Below, piece after piece: positions 12,701 to 26,941 of a DNA stretch of 64,000 bases. The translations under genes were made by a program, and so were the position numbers. The notes below the pieces were generated by a model. It was not told where the DNA came from, ran no database searches, and worked only from the letters and a program-made list of their open reading frames with translations. The DNA is from Eledone cirrhosa. Lineage: Eukaryota. Numbering within the stretch: the first letter of the stretch is position 1; every line of letters starts with the position of its first letter. The stretch covers positions 88,846,001 through 88,910,000 of the forward strand of contig OZ024742.1 in the NCBI GenBank assembly GCA_964016885.1. Direction: 5' to 3'.

Positions 12701-13260
12701 GTTGCCGTATGTGGGACGGATCCAATTATTGGACGAATCCATCGGAAAACCAGTCTGCTACATTCTTTACGCTGAAAAAAGCATGATATTTTCCTGTCTG
12801 TAGGCTATGGTGAAAAGGCTGTGTTATGGACATGCCAAGTAGGATTGAAGTTACACGTTTTTCATTTCGGTCACGACCCGAGGAATTTATCGACTTTTCT
12901 TTGGGAAAGAAGTTGAAGTTGATGAGGTAACCATTGCTCTCGCCCAATAGATTTCTTGAAATGTGGGTGTTTATTGCGAACATGACCTGAGTACATGATC
13001 CTAGTCTGAACATATTTGAAGCCAATAGCAGAGAGAAGCCAATTGCACTTAAAGGTAAGGGTTAACCATATTTTGTGGTCTGTCTTTGGGTAGTTCTAAA
13101 TAGCAGCCTACTTCTTATTGTTGTTTTTTTGGTGTGTGGGGGGGGGGCGGTTAGTGACTATATATTTACACTCAATCTACAACTCCGTGTCCATTATCTT
13201 TGTGGCTTTCAGACAGATAAACAATTGTTTTCTGTCTTTATCCTTTTTACGTGTCTTTTC
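9728..13260 (+). mobile_element. Decayed Tx1/L1-type LINE with the RT region deleted (boundaries approximate)
   Basis: Asn/Thr-rich ORF1 remnants with a knuckle-like KGKKASCHLCGETGILNAFC, APE start LRVVSLN at ~12065, then ORF2 C-terminus QNDETVLHALVQ at ~12625, homologous to the 18.2-24.2 kb element. Confidence 0.7.
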
Positions 13261-16200
13261 AGAACATGGGTATGGATTTCCTAGCATTAGTTATTCATTG
13301 TTTAGTTGGAGGAAATTGGTGTTACTTCTAGAATTGCAACAAAGAAAATTCAACTTTAATTGTATTTAATTTGTCTGGCTTATTAGACCAAGGACGGAGA
13401 TATTTCTGAATAATTTTGTTTTGCTCATTTTTTTTCCTTTTAGTTTCAGCAGACATTCAACACAAATAAATCAGCGAAATACGCTCATAGTACAGAGAGT
13501 GGCAGAAAAATAAAGAGAACTAAGATACTGTTAAAGAACACACTAATTAAAAGAAATATGACGATAGCCCAGTATTATTTGTAAGAATGTTAGCGATATT
13601 AACGACTTCACAAACAACCGCACATACACGTAGACATATCGGAGAAAAGACAGTAGTTTTAACAAAACAACAAAAACTACAACCAAAAATAACACAAACA
13701 GATACAGTTATACATACAAAAATATCACCCAGCATAAGATATAGTAATTTTAGCACCATTCCTGCCAACCTCGAATAGAGCTGCAGCACAGCTAAAATCG
13801 ACAGCACCAGAAATGCATTCATAAAGGCTGCATGGCAGTTTCCTTGAGAATTTCTTCTTGAGGGATCAAAGAGCAGCCTGATCTATGTTTTAAGAATCAG
13901 TGGAATTTTCTCTGTACTCTGGAAGAATCAGTTAGGTGAACGAACGTGTGACTGGTGTCTGGTCTAGCATATTCTATATAAAGAGGTGTAGAGTTGAATA
14001 TGCTGTATGTAGCATATCCTAGGCCAAGGGCAAAACGTGCTACTAGGGAGACAATTTGCCCAAAACACCCGCTCATAGGCAGCTGAGTCAGAATATGGGA
14101 TATCGTAATATATTTGTCACTGTGGCATTGATCTTTCTCTAGTTGTCGCCTTTGTAATGTAAAGTTAGTGAGGGATAGGTTGTGCAGAAACAGGCTCTGT
14201 GTGCTTTGTATAAACTTGCAAAGTCATACGTGCTCTATAGACAGAAGAGAAACATTAGAGCTGTACCCATTGAAGGACATAAACAAAGAGCATAAGGTTG
14301 TTGTGCAAGTCACACATCTAGATTATAGCTGCATTTGCCAGAGACTCTTAAAGGGTTTTTCGAGAACGAGACGAGGAAGCGGATGAGAAACGAAAGAGTC
14401 GGAGACAAGTATGTCCAAACGCATGTCAAAGTCACCAGAGGACTGTCAGTAAAACCTTCGATAGTACCAGAGTAAGTCAACTCCTACCCGATTCTAGAAT
14501 CTAGAAAGCAGACACCCCATACCACTGCCGAAGCAATCAACAGCTCTTCATCTTGTAAGAAGCAAGACGTGATGATGGAAGGAAGTTAGGAGGAAATTTA
14601 AAGCAAAGCCACAAAAATGTTCAAAGTGAGAACCAACTAAAATTACATTATTTTCATTATGCTTCGAATAGAAAATTAACCAGTAGGTGATAATCAAAAG
14701 CAATCTGTATAACTAATTGTGTAAATTTGCGAAGAAATAAGATCACATTATGTAATACATGCTAGATAATCAGAGTCATGTGCTGCTCTGTCCAGTCTTA
14801 ATTGTTTTTTATGATATATTGTTTAATTTATTGTGCTTTTTCATATTTTTCATTTATTCTATGATGTATTTATCGATTGAATGACATCCTCCCAAGTTTC
14901 ATCTACAGAGATTTTTGCAAAGTTCCATTGTTCACCTTTTTTGGCTTCAGATCAGAACTAACCTAATAGAGAACACACACACACTGAAACAATGAGAATT
15001 TGTGTTCAGTTGTTTCAACAAATGCGCAGCCGTAGGTGCAAATGAACGGTCAGAATTTTATAATATAATGTGGTCTTTTGATAGTCTATGAGTTCCGGGT
15101 GGCGTATTTATTTGGGGCTATTATTCACGTACATTTCGTGGATTCTGTGAGCAAATTTTAGTCTAGTAACAAACGGTGTAACATTTCCTATCAGTGGCAC
15201 CTTCTGGGGAAATCGTTTAATGAAGCAGATCTGGCAATCAATTTACATTTTGCCCAACTATGTGACTAATGTTCATTTTTGTGAGTTTATACTTGTTTAT
15301 TTTATTTCAATTCTTATTTTTATTTTATTTTTTTTATTTTGCTACAAATTTCTCTGCTACTAACAATCCTTCTCTTGATGTATTTTATGTTTATGTTTTC
15401 ATCTTGCTTTTTTGTGGTGGTGTTGGGGGTACATTTAATGTAGTTGCGTGTGATTTTATCTCCAATGTTGAAGTTATTCGTATGATAAATACTTAAGAGA
15501 TATGCCAAAACTGACAGATATCTTTCATTGCACTAAATTGTTCAATATCAAAAATATGGAGCATGCCCATAATCTTTTAATATTCTCAGCGGTAATTTGT
15601 CGACGCAGGAGAGCAGCTTTATAATGTTATCGTATCTTCTATCTGTAATTCTCTCTCTTTCAATTCTATTGTTTTTGTCGAATTTCTTTTGCAATAATTG
15701 TTTCCTTCGGTCTACAATAATTTCTCTGTCTATTCCATTTATTCCTATTTTTTGTGATAAATGTCCAATTATTTCTGCAAACCTCGTGTTTTCACTCTTC
15801 CTGCATTCTATTTATTCCTCGTGTCGATTTTGTTCTGTGTGCAATTCACTCTACTTACGAAATCTCCTCTACATTAACTCTTTTTTTATACAATCATTTT
15901 TTCCAGGTCTCGCGTCCGTATTCATTTTCCTACAACAATTGCCGTTGGGTAGTTTCCAATTCTTTTAGTTGCTGCTGCTACACCTCAAATTTGCATTTCT
16001 CTTAACTGCTTTCTTTGCTAAATTCCGTTTCCCATGCTAGTCTTTGTTGCATTACTTGCTAAGTTTCCACTATATTGTTTCATGAAATATTTATTTGAAA
16101 AAGGTTGCACAAACAATACACTAAGATACATTTTACATAATATATTATTCAAGAGTTGTAAACATGATATGTTTGTATAAAAGCTATTTATAATTTTTAG

Positions 16201-16841
16201 TTTATAGTTTCAATGAAACAGGAATTTGTTAGATCTAAAAAGTAAACAAGTATGAAATATCCACCCATGCAAATCTGAGTTGCTTTTCATTAAGCAAGCA
16301 ATCATCTAAAATAATTTACACATACATCTCTCGGTTTTTGTTTCTGTCGTTCATTTGTCACTTCAGATAATGTAATAAATATCTTCCTTCTCACTTTCCT
16401 CTTAATTACACAGATCTTGTCATCTCTCACTCATTCTGCGTATGTCATTTGACAGCCTAAAAGCTATTTAGAACTTTTCAATTTTTAATAAAACAATAAT
16501 GTACTGGTACTGTAAAGGAAGACTAAATTTTTGAATAGAAAAAATATTCAATTATAAATTGCTCCCGTTTTGTTGTAAACGGCGTCTCCGTTACATGTCT
16601 GTTTCCATTTTTGTATTAAACGTATATTTCAAGGGAGATGGCGATGTAATTGTATTCATGAATTTTATTCAATGTTCTTTTTACGCATAAATTTCATTCA
16701 ACTCATATTTCAATTTTCTATCCATACCCTATCACTGTCTCCATCATAATTTCCTCATACGAAGTTTTAACTCCCTTCGCATAGATGACTAATCGATTAA
16801 GTGACGAAACACATTAGGTATTGTGTAGAGTGATTATCATT

Positions 16842-17030
16842 ATTGGCAGTATCGGTAGAGGGTCGGACGCCATGATTTGACGCATAGAGTTACGGTCCTT
16901 GCCATTCTGAGTTCAAATCCCGCCGAGGTTAACTTTGCCTTTTATCCTTACGGGGTAGATAAAATAAAGTACCAGTAATGCACTGGGTAATTGCTGGCCT
17001 TGTGCCAAAAGTAGAAACAATTATTATTAT
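16842..17030 (+). mobile_element. tRNA-derived SINE
   Basis: A-box-like TGGCAGTATCGGTAG, B-box GAGTTCAAATCC, body GCCTTT.ATCCTTACGGGG, tail CTGGCCTTGTGCC..AGAAACAATTATTA. Confidence 0.85.
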
Positions 17031-17483
17031 GCTTTGCCATATTTACTTTGCATGCTGTCATTAAAACACTGCGCGCCTTCCTGTAGCTATTGTAGTGAAA
17101 ATATTCGTGGTAATGTGTATGTAATGTCTAGAAGAACTATCCCCGAAGGGATCATATTACTTAATCCCGAGCAGATATATATGGTTCTTCAGATACTTCA
17201 CTCAACTTTGCATGAAGTGTGTCGGGCAGGATTGCAGGATGAACTTCAATAGCAACTTCGACAGTCTGATTCAATTCTCAACGACGGCATTGGAGTCGAA
17301 AAAAGCTGATAACAGTAGCTAAGATAATGTGAGAGGATGACTAGTTGCCTGGTTTGAATTGTCTGCCTTCGGAGCTTTTTGCTTACATATTAGACGTATT
17401 CGGTGAAATCTTGTGGCGTCCTGTATCATTTTTGCCGTCATTCATTAAAGCTCTATATGACAAATAAACATACCATTATTATT

Positions 17484-17872
17484 GATGCGTTGGATTGTGA
17501 GTATCGGTAGAGGGTCCGACGCGATGTTTTCCAGAATAGAATTACGTCCCTTTACGGTCTAAGTTCAAATCCCACTGAGGTTAACTTTGCCTTTTATCCT
17601 TACCGGGTCGATAGAAAAGTACCAGTAATGCACTTGGATAATTGCTGGTCTTGTGCCCAAAGTAGAAACAATTTAATGGCAGTGGATTAGCAGTATCGGT
17701 AGAGGGTCAGACGCTATGCTTTGCAGCATAGAGTTATGGCCCTTTACGGGCTGCATTCAAATCACGCCGAGGTTAAGTTTGCCTTTCATCCTTACGGGGT
17801 CTATAAAATAAAGCACCAGTAATGCACTGATATAATTGCTGTCCTTGTGCCAAAGTGGAAACAATTATTATT
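17484..17872 (+). mobile_element. Two head-to-tail SINE copies (17484-17673, 17677-17872)
   Basis: Same motifs as the 16842-17030 copy. Confidence 0.85.
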
Positions 17873-18417
17873 GATTCTGTTGTTGTTTTCTATTCATTGC
17901 CAAGCATCAATTGAAGATGTCCAACTACGACAAAAGCTGTTGACTAAAAGTAAAGTAAGCAATAGACTGTAAAACTGAATAGATGGAAAAATTTATAAAA
18001 AATATATCTGGTGTGAAAAAATCAACAAACAAGATGACAAAGACATTTGCTTCTTCACCAAAAAAATTGCCTCTTTTTTTCTTGCCTTTATTATTTTTCT
18101 TTTCTATACATGCAACTACAAACAATAGTAATAGAAGTAAAGTATGAAAGGAAACAGTTGAAAATAGTCTCGTATATATATATATATAGCATTATTATTA
18201 TTATTATTATTGAATGCCATGGTTGACGGAGGCTCGGCTCTGTAAGGTATAGTAAATTTTAACCGCTATAACAATTGTAAATTGTTTAAAGCTTGAACCA
18301 AATTGTAGACAAAAACTCCCTCCTCCTCGTTGGAGGGATCTTTCTGCCCGTTATTTGGCCCTTTGGGGTTAAATAACCGCTTATTGGTGCCCAATATTTA
18401 TTTTAAACCAAAAAAAA

Positions 18418-20056
18418 ATGGCTACAAAAAAGAATTTTCACAAGTCACTCCCACTCATTCCATCTTATTCTTCCTCAATCGTCACTACACCAGAGAGAAG
18501 ATTTTCTCTCACCCTCCCTTCTCTTTCGCAAGCGACGCCAGTAAAGTAAAAGAAAAATATAGTTTCTGATGGTTTCCAAGATCACGTGCAAAATGTGGAA
18601 CATTTCTCCACGACGACGACAACGACGAAAAATGTGTGCGGTAAATACGGAAACCCATTTCATTCATCTGACGTCATGAATAATAGCAGTAGCAGCCGTA
18701 ATAACAGCAGCAGTAAAAACAGTGACAAGGAAAACAACAGTAGCAGCAGCAAAAGCATCAGCAGCAGCATAAACAACAACAGTATTAGCTGCAACATCAA
18801 CAACAACAACAACCACAGCAACAGCGGCGGTGGCAGTCGTAGTACCAGCAGCAACAACAAAAGTAACAGCAGCTCTGACGACGACAACAAGAACAACAAC
18901 AAAGAAAAACCAATCTCGTTTGCAGGTATCGCAAAGAACCTGGAAACCATCCTTATAACAAATGAGGAATTACAGGATGCAAAGAAGATGGTGACGAAAA
19001 CCGGACATCGAGCAATCTGCAAGGCAGCCGAAAACATTTTCGAAAACCAACAGCACTGTACGGTCACGTACCGTACAGTAAGCACAACATCCCGTAGGGT
19101 TGAAAGAGCCACAGAGGCTCAAATACAAAAAGCCTTAGGGTCTGTGTGGCAGCGGAAAAGGCATATCACCAGAGGTAAGAAATATGCCACCGTGCACGTG
19201 CTTTTTGCTACACCCCAGGAGGCAAAGGCTCAATCCTTAGTGACACTAAGGAGCGAGGAAAAGGTGTTGGTGCCCTCTTACTGCGGACAAAAAATTGTGA
19301 GGGTCAAACTGACACACGTCCCACTCCCCACCCCCACCCCCGGGATTGCCCATTCTTGGCTGGCCGCGTCTGTCCTCGTCGGAATCTATGACAAAACAAC
19401 TGTACTGCAAGTACAGAAAAAACTACGAGAAGATTGGGTCAGCACATCCATTGAGATGTTAATCCAAACCAACGAGGTCTGCATCGAAGCTATCCCGGAT
19501 GTGATAGACTTCGATAACAACACTCAACTGCCCTTAAGTGTTGAGGGCAAACGCCCGAAATGCTTTCGCTGTGGATCGTCGACTCACCTCAGGGCCTTCT
19601 GCAATGAGAAGACCCTGAGAAAGGAGAAAACCCCCCTACTTCCGAAACCGGCTCCACTGCTACCAGCAACAGGACAGGCGGCAACCAGGAAGGATAGGTC
19701 CGTGTCACCCATACCCACGCCACGGAAATCAAGAATAGCAGCGCGCAGTGGAATTATTAACAACAACAACAGCAATACCAACTGCAACTGCAACAGAGAC
19801 TCCACTGCAAACATCACCAACAACAACAAGTGAAAGAGTGGAGCTGGTACCCCTCCCCGACCTCACAGAATCGGACATGGAGTGTGAGGTGGGAGAGGGA
19901 TGGCAAAAGGTCGTAAGAAGGCACACACGCAGAAGCAGCGCATCGTCGCGCTCGAAAAAGGAGGAAAGAAGCGAAAAAAGGGTAAACGCTACTGCAAAGA
20001 GACTTACAGCAGCAACACCACCAACACCATCACCACTCACACTAGCACCACCATAA
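18418..20056 (+). pseudogene. Tx1 ORF1 (gag-like, CCHC zinc knuckle), disrupted
   Basis: ATG at 18418 is in frame with ORF 18586-19833 across one stop; CFRCGSSTHLRAFC knuckle; frameshifted continuation ..EGWQKVVRR.. Confidence 0.8.
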
Positions 20057-20577
20057 CCACCGGCGGCAACCCCACCGCCAACAACAACAACACCTTCAAC
20101 ACCACCACCACAAGCACCAACATCGAAAACACAACATAACACACATACCCAGCAAAAACGACAAGAAAATAGCAGAACCACACACCACCACCAGAAAAAC
20201 AAATGCACAGCAATAAATACGCACAACAAGAAACTAATGACTTACATAATTGAACACACAGACATTTCACAGCACGACTACATCATGCCAGCACCAATCA
20301 AAACACCAACGAACATAAGACTGCTAAGAATAGCACAGAAACAATACACAAACATCAAAATGAAATTCCCCAACGCAGTTGGTGATTTCAGAGACCTAGG
20401 AGGAACAATCAACCGGTGTGTATTCGGATATACTCACAGAAGAGCCGAAGACCAGCCGAAGGGACGATTCAACGGTCCATTCACCAGACGATCAAGTGAA
20501 GAGGGATGGACAAACCATCCTTCCTCTCCGAGAAGTAAGGTAAGTGGTCTTTCCCATCTTTTCCACTCCATTTCAAC

Positions 20578-23500
20578 ATGGCCTCTCTCAGAATTGGCAG
20601 CATAAATGCGCGTGGCATGGGGTCGTCATGGAAGCAGGGCCACCTGCTCAACGACCTCAGGTCACTAAACATAGATGTAGTGGCCATCAGCGAGGCCAGA
20701 ATATCCGAAGCACGGGCCTTCGCACCGATCTTCGGCGGCTACGATGTGTATGCATCTCCCAGCCGTCCGTGATCGGGGGGTGGAGTTGCTGTGCTTTTTC
20801 GGAGAGGTTTGGATCTCGCCATACGGGCCAACTTCCTGGACCGAGAAGGTAAGTTGGTGGTGCTAGACGTGACCAGCGGAGACGGGAAAGCTTTCAGGCT
20901 AGTGGCCGTCTATACCGTCTATACCAGGAGTAGGGCGGCCTGATTTCTTCCGGCGTCTGGAGACCGTCTTGGAACGTCCCGCTCTTTAGTGTTAGTGGGC
21001 GACTCGAACGGGATCTTAGATGCACGCTGAGACTGTGAGGGATTAGCGGATAGGGGAGGAGGGTGCAAGAGCCTCACCAACCTGCTCAGGCGTTTTGAAC
21101 TGTCTGACAGCTACCGATTGGATTTCCCGAATGTGCCAATGTGGACTTGGACAAATCGCATAGGGTCATCCAGATCATATCTAGATAGAGTAGTGTGTAG
21201 AGAAATATATAGGTCTAGCATAGGCTGTCCACAATTCAAGATAGTCAGCTACACGGACTGCAAATTCGTGATCTGTGTGTTTGACTTAGATAGGCTTCAT
21301 AGACGAGGACCCGGCTACTGGAAGCGAAACGCGTCCTTACCAGCGCGCAAGGCCTACAGAAACCGGATTAGCGAACTAGTTAAGCGGGCGTTGACGGGGG
21401 CCATCGTCAACAACAAGTGGTGTTTTGCTCTGAAAAGAGCAATTAGAATAGAGTCCATTAGGTTTAATAAGGCTTTAGCAATAGAGAAAAATAGAGCAGA
21501 GGGAGAATTAGTTAGAAAATTAGAAGAGGCGCTTAGCAAAGGCATCGCGACCGACGTACTTGCGGCGAAATTGGCCCTTGACCAATTCTTCAATGCAAAT
21601 CACGAAGGTTGCGTTGTCAGAGCTAGGGTGCGTGATCTCAGACACGAGGGAACGAAAGCCGTTCAATGGGCCCTAGAGGCGTAGGCGCGTCTTGGCAACA
21701 AAGCCACGATCCGGTCTTTGGTGGACCACGACGGGCGCATGCTACTCGATCCCGGGCAAATGTGTGAAGCTTTTCAGCGACACATCGCTCAGTTGTTCGG
21801 GGGCAGCGGCGGGCCGGATCGAGGGATGGTGTTTAGTGTCTACCTCGACGGACTGCCGTGGCTTTCGGCCACTGAGGTGGAGTGTTGCGAAAAGCCGATA
21901 ACAGCCGCTGAAGTACGGTAGGCAATGACTAGCTGCACAAGGGGTAAATCGCCTGGTTTGGATGGTTTGTCCTATGAACTTTACGTACAGATGCCACACT
22001 TGTTCGGAGGCCTCTTGGCGGACGTCTACTGCAACTGGCAACAGAACGGGAGAATTCCCAGCTCTGTGAGCCGAGGATCTGTGGCGCTGCTGAGAAAAGA
22101 TCCGAACAAGGGGGATAACATAGATAATTGTAGGCCCATAACTCTGCTAAACACAGAGTTCAAGATTTTGGCCAAGGTGCTAGCAAAGAGATTGGCGCTT
22201 GTCGTTGGTAGTCTGGTGGGAGAGGCGCAGACATGCGCCATTCCCGACAGATCCATCCACGACAACCTCCACCTCATGCGATACATCGTAGCGAGGGTAG
22301 CTAGGGAACCTGTCACGGGTGGGTCTTTGATCAATCTAGATCAGTCGAAAGCTTTCGATAGGGTCGACCATCGTTACCTAGCGGCAGTCCTGAGGGCGGC
22401 TGGCTTTGGGCCCGTCTTCACAGGCTGGATCGCTGCCATGCACAGCGACATCTGATCTGTGGTGAGAGTGAACGGTCACCTTTTGGAACCTTTCAACATC
22501 ATGCACTCGGTCCGCCGTGTATGTCCCCTCTCCTCCCTCTTGTACGTATTGACTCTCGAGCCATTACTGCACAAACTGGAGACTTTGAAGGGGGTCCCGC
22601 GCGAACTAGGATGCGGAAGATCCGTGTCAGCATATGCGGCCGATGTCACCCTAGTGGTGTCGAACGCCAAACACATCGAGGTGATAGGCACTACACTAAG
22701 AGAATAGGAAGCGGTGACAGGAGCAATGATGAACCAGGAAAAGTCAGTGGGCCTGTAGCTTCGGCACCTGGAGAAGCAGGTCCATGCCGTCCAACAGCGT
22801 CGTCGGGCGCTGGACGGACGGACCAGTTAAATTGCTCGGGGTCTGGTTCGATCCAGATCTCTAGGCGGACAAAAACTGGGACGAGGTGACGAGCAGGGTG
22901 GCATCTCTCTCCCAGAAATGGGCCGAGAGGAAGCTATCCCTGAAAGGTCGAGCGGAGGTGGCTAACGCGTATATCGCGTCCGTCATCTACTACCGCCTGA
23001 CCGTCGTACGTTGTCCTAATCCCCGCCTGACTGCGCTGGAGCGTTTGCTCTTTCGCTTTTTGTGGAAGGGAAGCGTTCCGATGGTCAGGCGGTCCATCTG
23101 CTGTCAACACCCGCTACGTGGATGGTTGGGAATGCCGTGGCTGATGATGCGCAGACACGCGCTCAGGCTACGACATCTCCATCTCTTCTTCGACGGTGAT
23201 CAGGTGTGATCTCCGTTTGCTAGACGCGTCTTTCTCCAGCTCGTCTCCTTGACGGAGCTGCAGTCCTGGGTCAAGCGAAGACCGAGAAGGAGCGCGTGGA
23301 GACTGGAATGTCTTCAGGCGCTCACAGCCCTGGACCAATCCGGCAATGTGATCGGTGGAAACTCCACCTTGGCGTTCTATAGAGGATTAGTGGAGGGGAA
23401 TAGCGACGGAGTACATGGGGAAAGTCTAGGCGTCGACGAAAATCGACTAGCCAATCTCTTCGGAAGAACTTTCGGGCCGAGGCCTATGTACAACTTCCAG

Positions 23501-24001
23501 AAATCCCTGGCCTGGCAGTGCTACCGAGGAACTTTGCCAGTTCGGGATAAAGTCTACAGGTATGGAGGTACCGTCAACCGGCCATGTCCGAGATGCCCGC
23601 AGGGCGACGAAACCGTACTGCGCGCACTCGTCCAGTGTCCGAACATTGCTGACTTGTGGGTTTATGTCGAACACTTGCTCTCGCGTGTACGACGGATCCA
23701 GCTATCAGCTGAGTCCATCGTGAAGATTGCCCCGCACTCTTACTTTAGCCGGGAAAGGCAGGCAGTTTTTATCTGTCTGGTGGCCATGGCGAAAGAAATA
23801 GTATGGTGGACACGTTTGAAAGGGCTGAAGACGAGCACTTACCTCTTCGGTGATGCCCTGATTATATTTTTCAAATTTCATTTGAAAAGGAAAATCAGGG
23901 TAGAAAGGGAAGTGCTCTCTTCCCAGCATTTTGTTGAAAGATGGGTGAGAGAGGCAAGAATGGCCCAAGTGAATGGGTCTACTCTGAGTATGTGTCTGTA
24001 A
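20578..24001 (+). pseudogene. Tx1 ORF2 (APE endonuclease, RT, C-terminal zinc finger) with multiple stops and frameshifts
   Basis: LRIGSINARG, SYLDRV, KSPGLDGL, RPITLLNTEFKILAK, DQSKAFDRVDH, CPLSSLLY, YAAD (mutated YADD), CPRC..ETVLRALVQC. Confidence 0.93.
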
Positions 24002-24309
24002 ATTAAAGGTGGAAAACTGGGAGAGGGCACTTGCCCTGGTGGTCTGGGTCACTGTGGCTTTTTAATGGGCTTTCTCCACGAATGTCCCTCGGAAGGTCCC
24101 CCCCCCCATATTGGGGAATGTTTTCATTGTTCTATTATTACATCTTCTGTTTCTTGTTTTACACGCAGAAATGCCCATTTGTACCGCCCTTTATTGTCAT
24201 GTACTGTCCTTAATGTCTACTTTATGTAGACCCTTGTTGTTAATAAAGAAAGCATTATTATTATTATTATTATTACAGTTGCATTTATCTTGCTTTATGT
24301 TCATACGAG

Positions 24310-24800
24310 TTATCACCAAGTCACAACCAGTGACCTCAAGAGACAACAAGGTCCGCCATGTTCAAGAAAGAACATACATATTCACACATGCATCTTTAGT
24401 GTTTAGACTTGTGATGTACTTATATTAACAGAATCTTCCTTAGTATATGGGCAGTTCCCATTAGTACTATCTTTTATATTTCTCCTATACGCGGGTTTCC
24501 TGAGATTTGCGATATGTAATCATTAGACCCCTTAGGTATCATTCCCAGAGCGCCTACAACCACTGGTATTGTTTTAGTTCTCAATTTCCACATTTTTCCA
24601 ATTTCTATCTCCAGGTCCTTATACTTGCTCAATTTTTCAAATGTTTTTATAGATACATTCTTGTCTATTGGAAGAGACATATCAATTAGCAGGCATACCG
24701 TCTTTTGAAAGTCTTTCAATATTATATCAGGTCTGTTTGCATCTATTTTTCGGTCTGTTTGGATGCTAAAGTTCCACAAGATTGAGATGTGATCTTTTTC
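24310..24800 (-). mobile_element. R4/Dong-type retrotransposon 3' fragment (REL endonuclease)
   Basis: ANRPDIIL..LIDMSLP..EKLSKYKDL..VVVGALG; adjacent (TTA)n at 24813-24872. Confidence 0.88.
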
Positions 24801-24811
24801 AAGTATGGGGG

Positions 24812-24874
<63 letters not shown>

Positions 24875-25204
24875 ATTGCCATCAATATTCAAAAGAAATC
24901 ATGTGTGCAGAAAATCAGTATTTTGCAAAAAAGTAATGATATATTTTAAAAACATAAATAAGTATCATCAATACTACTTCTACTAAACAGAACTTATTGC
25001 TATTTTTAACTTATGTCACACATGCTATTATTTGTTGTAATAACAGCGCCAATCATGTTTTCTGTAATTCAAACAAACGGAATATTTTGACAGACACTTT
25101 TCTTCCTTTTTGTCTCAATCCGCCTTCATTAACGCCATGCACACAGACACACACGATTGTGTTGTTATTTCTGTTTACCTTTTACATACATATATATATA
25201 TAAA

Positions 25205-26255
25205 TATATAGAATTCACAAGAATCAAAGCTGTGTTTAAAGCATTTATTCACTTACAATTGTTTCAGCCAAACCTAGGCTTGGAATCTTCGGAGCATGTT
25301 TCAATGTGTGTACACATGATTGCCCTCCTTTCCAACGGAAGAGACATACAGATACATATGTATATATTGATGTACAGTGGAGTGACATATATTATATTAT
25401 ATTTCTGTATAGCAATTCAAATTCAAAATCAAAATCACATTAAAACAAAATCAAAGCAAACCGTAAAATACAATCGGCAGTTAACATAGATAATGCAAGA
25501 GGATAGTGTGTTAGTCAGATGTAGTAGTTATTTTAGTTATTTTATGCGTTAGTTACACGTGGAGCATGCACGTGTGTCTCATTTGTATATGATTATTGTG
25601 CGACAGGGTGTTACATGTAATAGAAGCACTTAAAGAGGGTAAGTAAGAGTATTATGGGAGTTGTAGTGGTAAGGTATTGTTTGTATATGATACAGAAGTA
25701 TGCGTGCAGAAAAATAGTATAATGGAGAAGGAAAAGAGAGTTATGGTTTTTGTATCCACAACCATTTTCACATTCAAGAAACGTAATATATAGTTTATAC
25801 ATCCTTCACATAATTAACGATGATTTCGCATTGGATGTTTGATGCATTAAATTAAATTATTTTAGCTTGCTGCGGCTCAGTGTTCTTTAATCCAATTTTA
25901 TAAAGCAGGTTGTTACTGTTGCGAGAATTTACATCGGTTTATTATGCGGAAGTATGTGTGTGATTAAGGGGAGTTAATGTGTAAGGGGATGTAACTAGCT
26001 GATTTCTATAACTAAATTTATTATTCCAATATACAATATAAGGTGTCTCAATTGAATAAATGCTTTGAACACAGCTTTGATTCTTGTGAATTCTATATAG
26101 CTGCTCTGTAGAACAACTGATATTATTACATTGAGCTATTTATCTTACTGGTAATTAGGTAGTAATAAATTACTGACCTGTTTAGGGTTTAAAATATATA
26201 TAACTATAAAAGGTTTTAGTATATACATAACCATAAATAGTATCCTTAATATTAT
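25205..26255. mobile_element. Second, opposite-orientation member of the 7417-8443 family; HHR at 25250-25296 (-)
   Basis: Colinear diverged homology; TGCT-CCGAAGA..GAA-ACAATTGT-A-AGTG. Confidence 0.7.
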
Positions 26256-26349
26256 AAATATATATATACTTGGTATAATTTGGTTTAGGTAATCCGTAAT
26301 TGGTTATTGGTCAACCACTGGATTAAATAGACATATAGGTTTGTGTACT

Positions 26350-26720
26350 CCAGAGTATTGGTAAAACAATGAAGTAGAAACTAGTAGGGTAGAATGTATC
26401 CCATTTTATTGATTATATTATCTCTCTTATGCGTAATTCAATGGTAATGTTTATATAACAGTTAGGACCTCTTAAGACAACTATTACATGAAAAAAATTA
26501 CATGAATAAAAATTCAGACTCCAATTTGTGATATGCCACGAGCAGCTTATTGAGGAAATGGAAACTGCATTTTTATTCATATAACTTTTATAATGTACAA
26601 TCTGCCTGATGAGCTAAATTTTCAATAAGAGTTACCATTGGTATTGATATAATACCGATTCTGTAATCAATGAAATTATTTAAATTGTAACCTACTGTCT
26701 TGTACTTCATTGTTATATTT

Positions 26721-26753
<33 letters not shown>

Positions 26754-26802
26754 CACAATACATACATACATACATACATACATACATACATACATACATA
26801 CA

Positions 26803-26833
<31 letters not shown>

Positions 26834-26941
26834 GTATGTATATATATATATGTAAATACATATATATATGGGACGAAGCTGGTATGATGTGTGTATTTTT
26901 AGTAGATACAGCACGTGTTACTGAGCAGTCGCTGATTTGAA
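26350..26941 (-). pseudogene. Decayed exon-like segment, FN3/cytokine-receptor-like, split by a microsatellite
   Basis: AG acceptor then QISDCSV; later NITMKY..ISCSW..FYSCNF..CYINITIE..WDTFYP; stops present; motif resemblance only. Confidence 0.3.

Larger units (their letters stand above)
18212..24250 (+). mobile_element. Full-length, inactivated Tx1/L1-clade non-LTR retrotransposon
   Basis: ORF1 and ORF2 domains, AATAAA near the 3' end, 24-bp TSD AGC(ATT)7 at 18188-18211 and 24251-24274. Confidence 0.93.

Noticed and set aside
13440-14600. Possible tyrosine-recombinase/DIRS or RT remnant
   Set aside because: No convincing catalytic motif in the frames I translated; left unassigned.
16842-17872. 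tRNA genes suggested by A/B boxes
   Set aside because: No cloverleaf; the boxes are SINE heads followed by the shared SINE body and tail.
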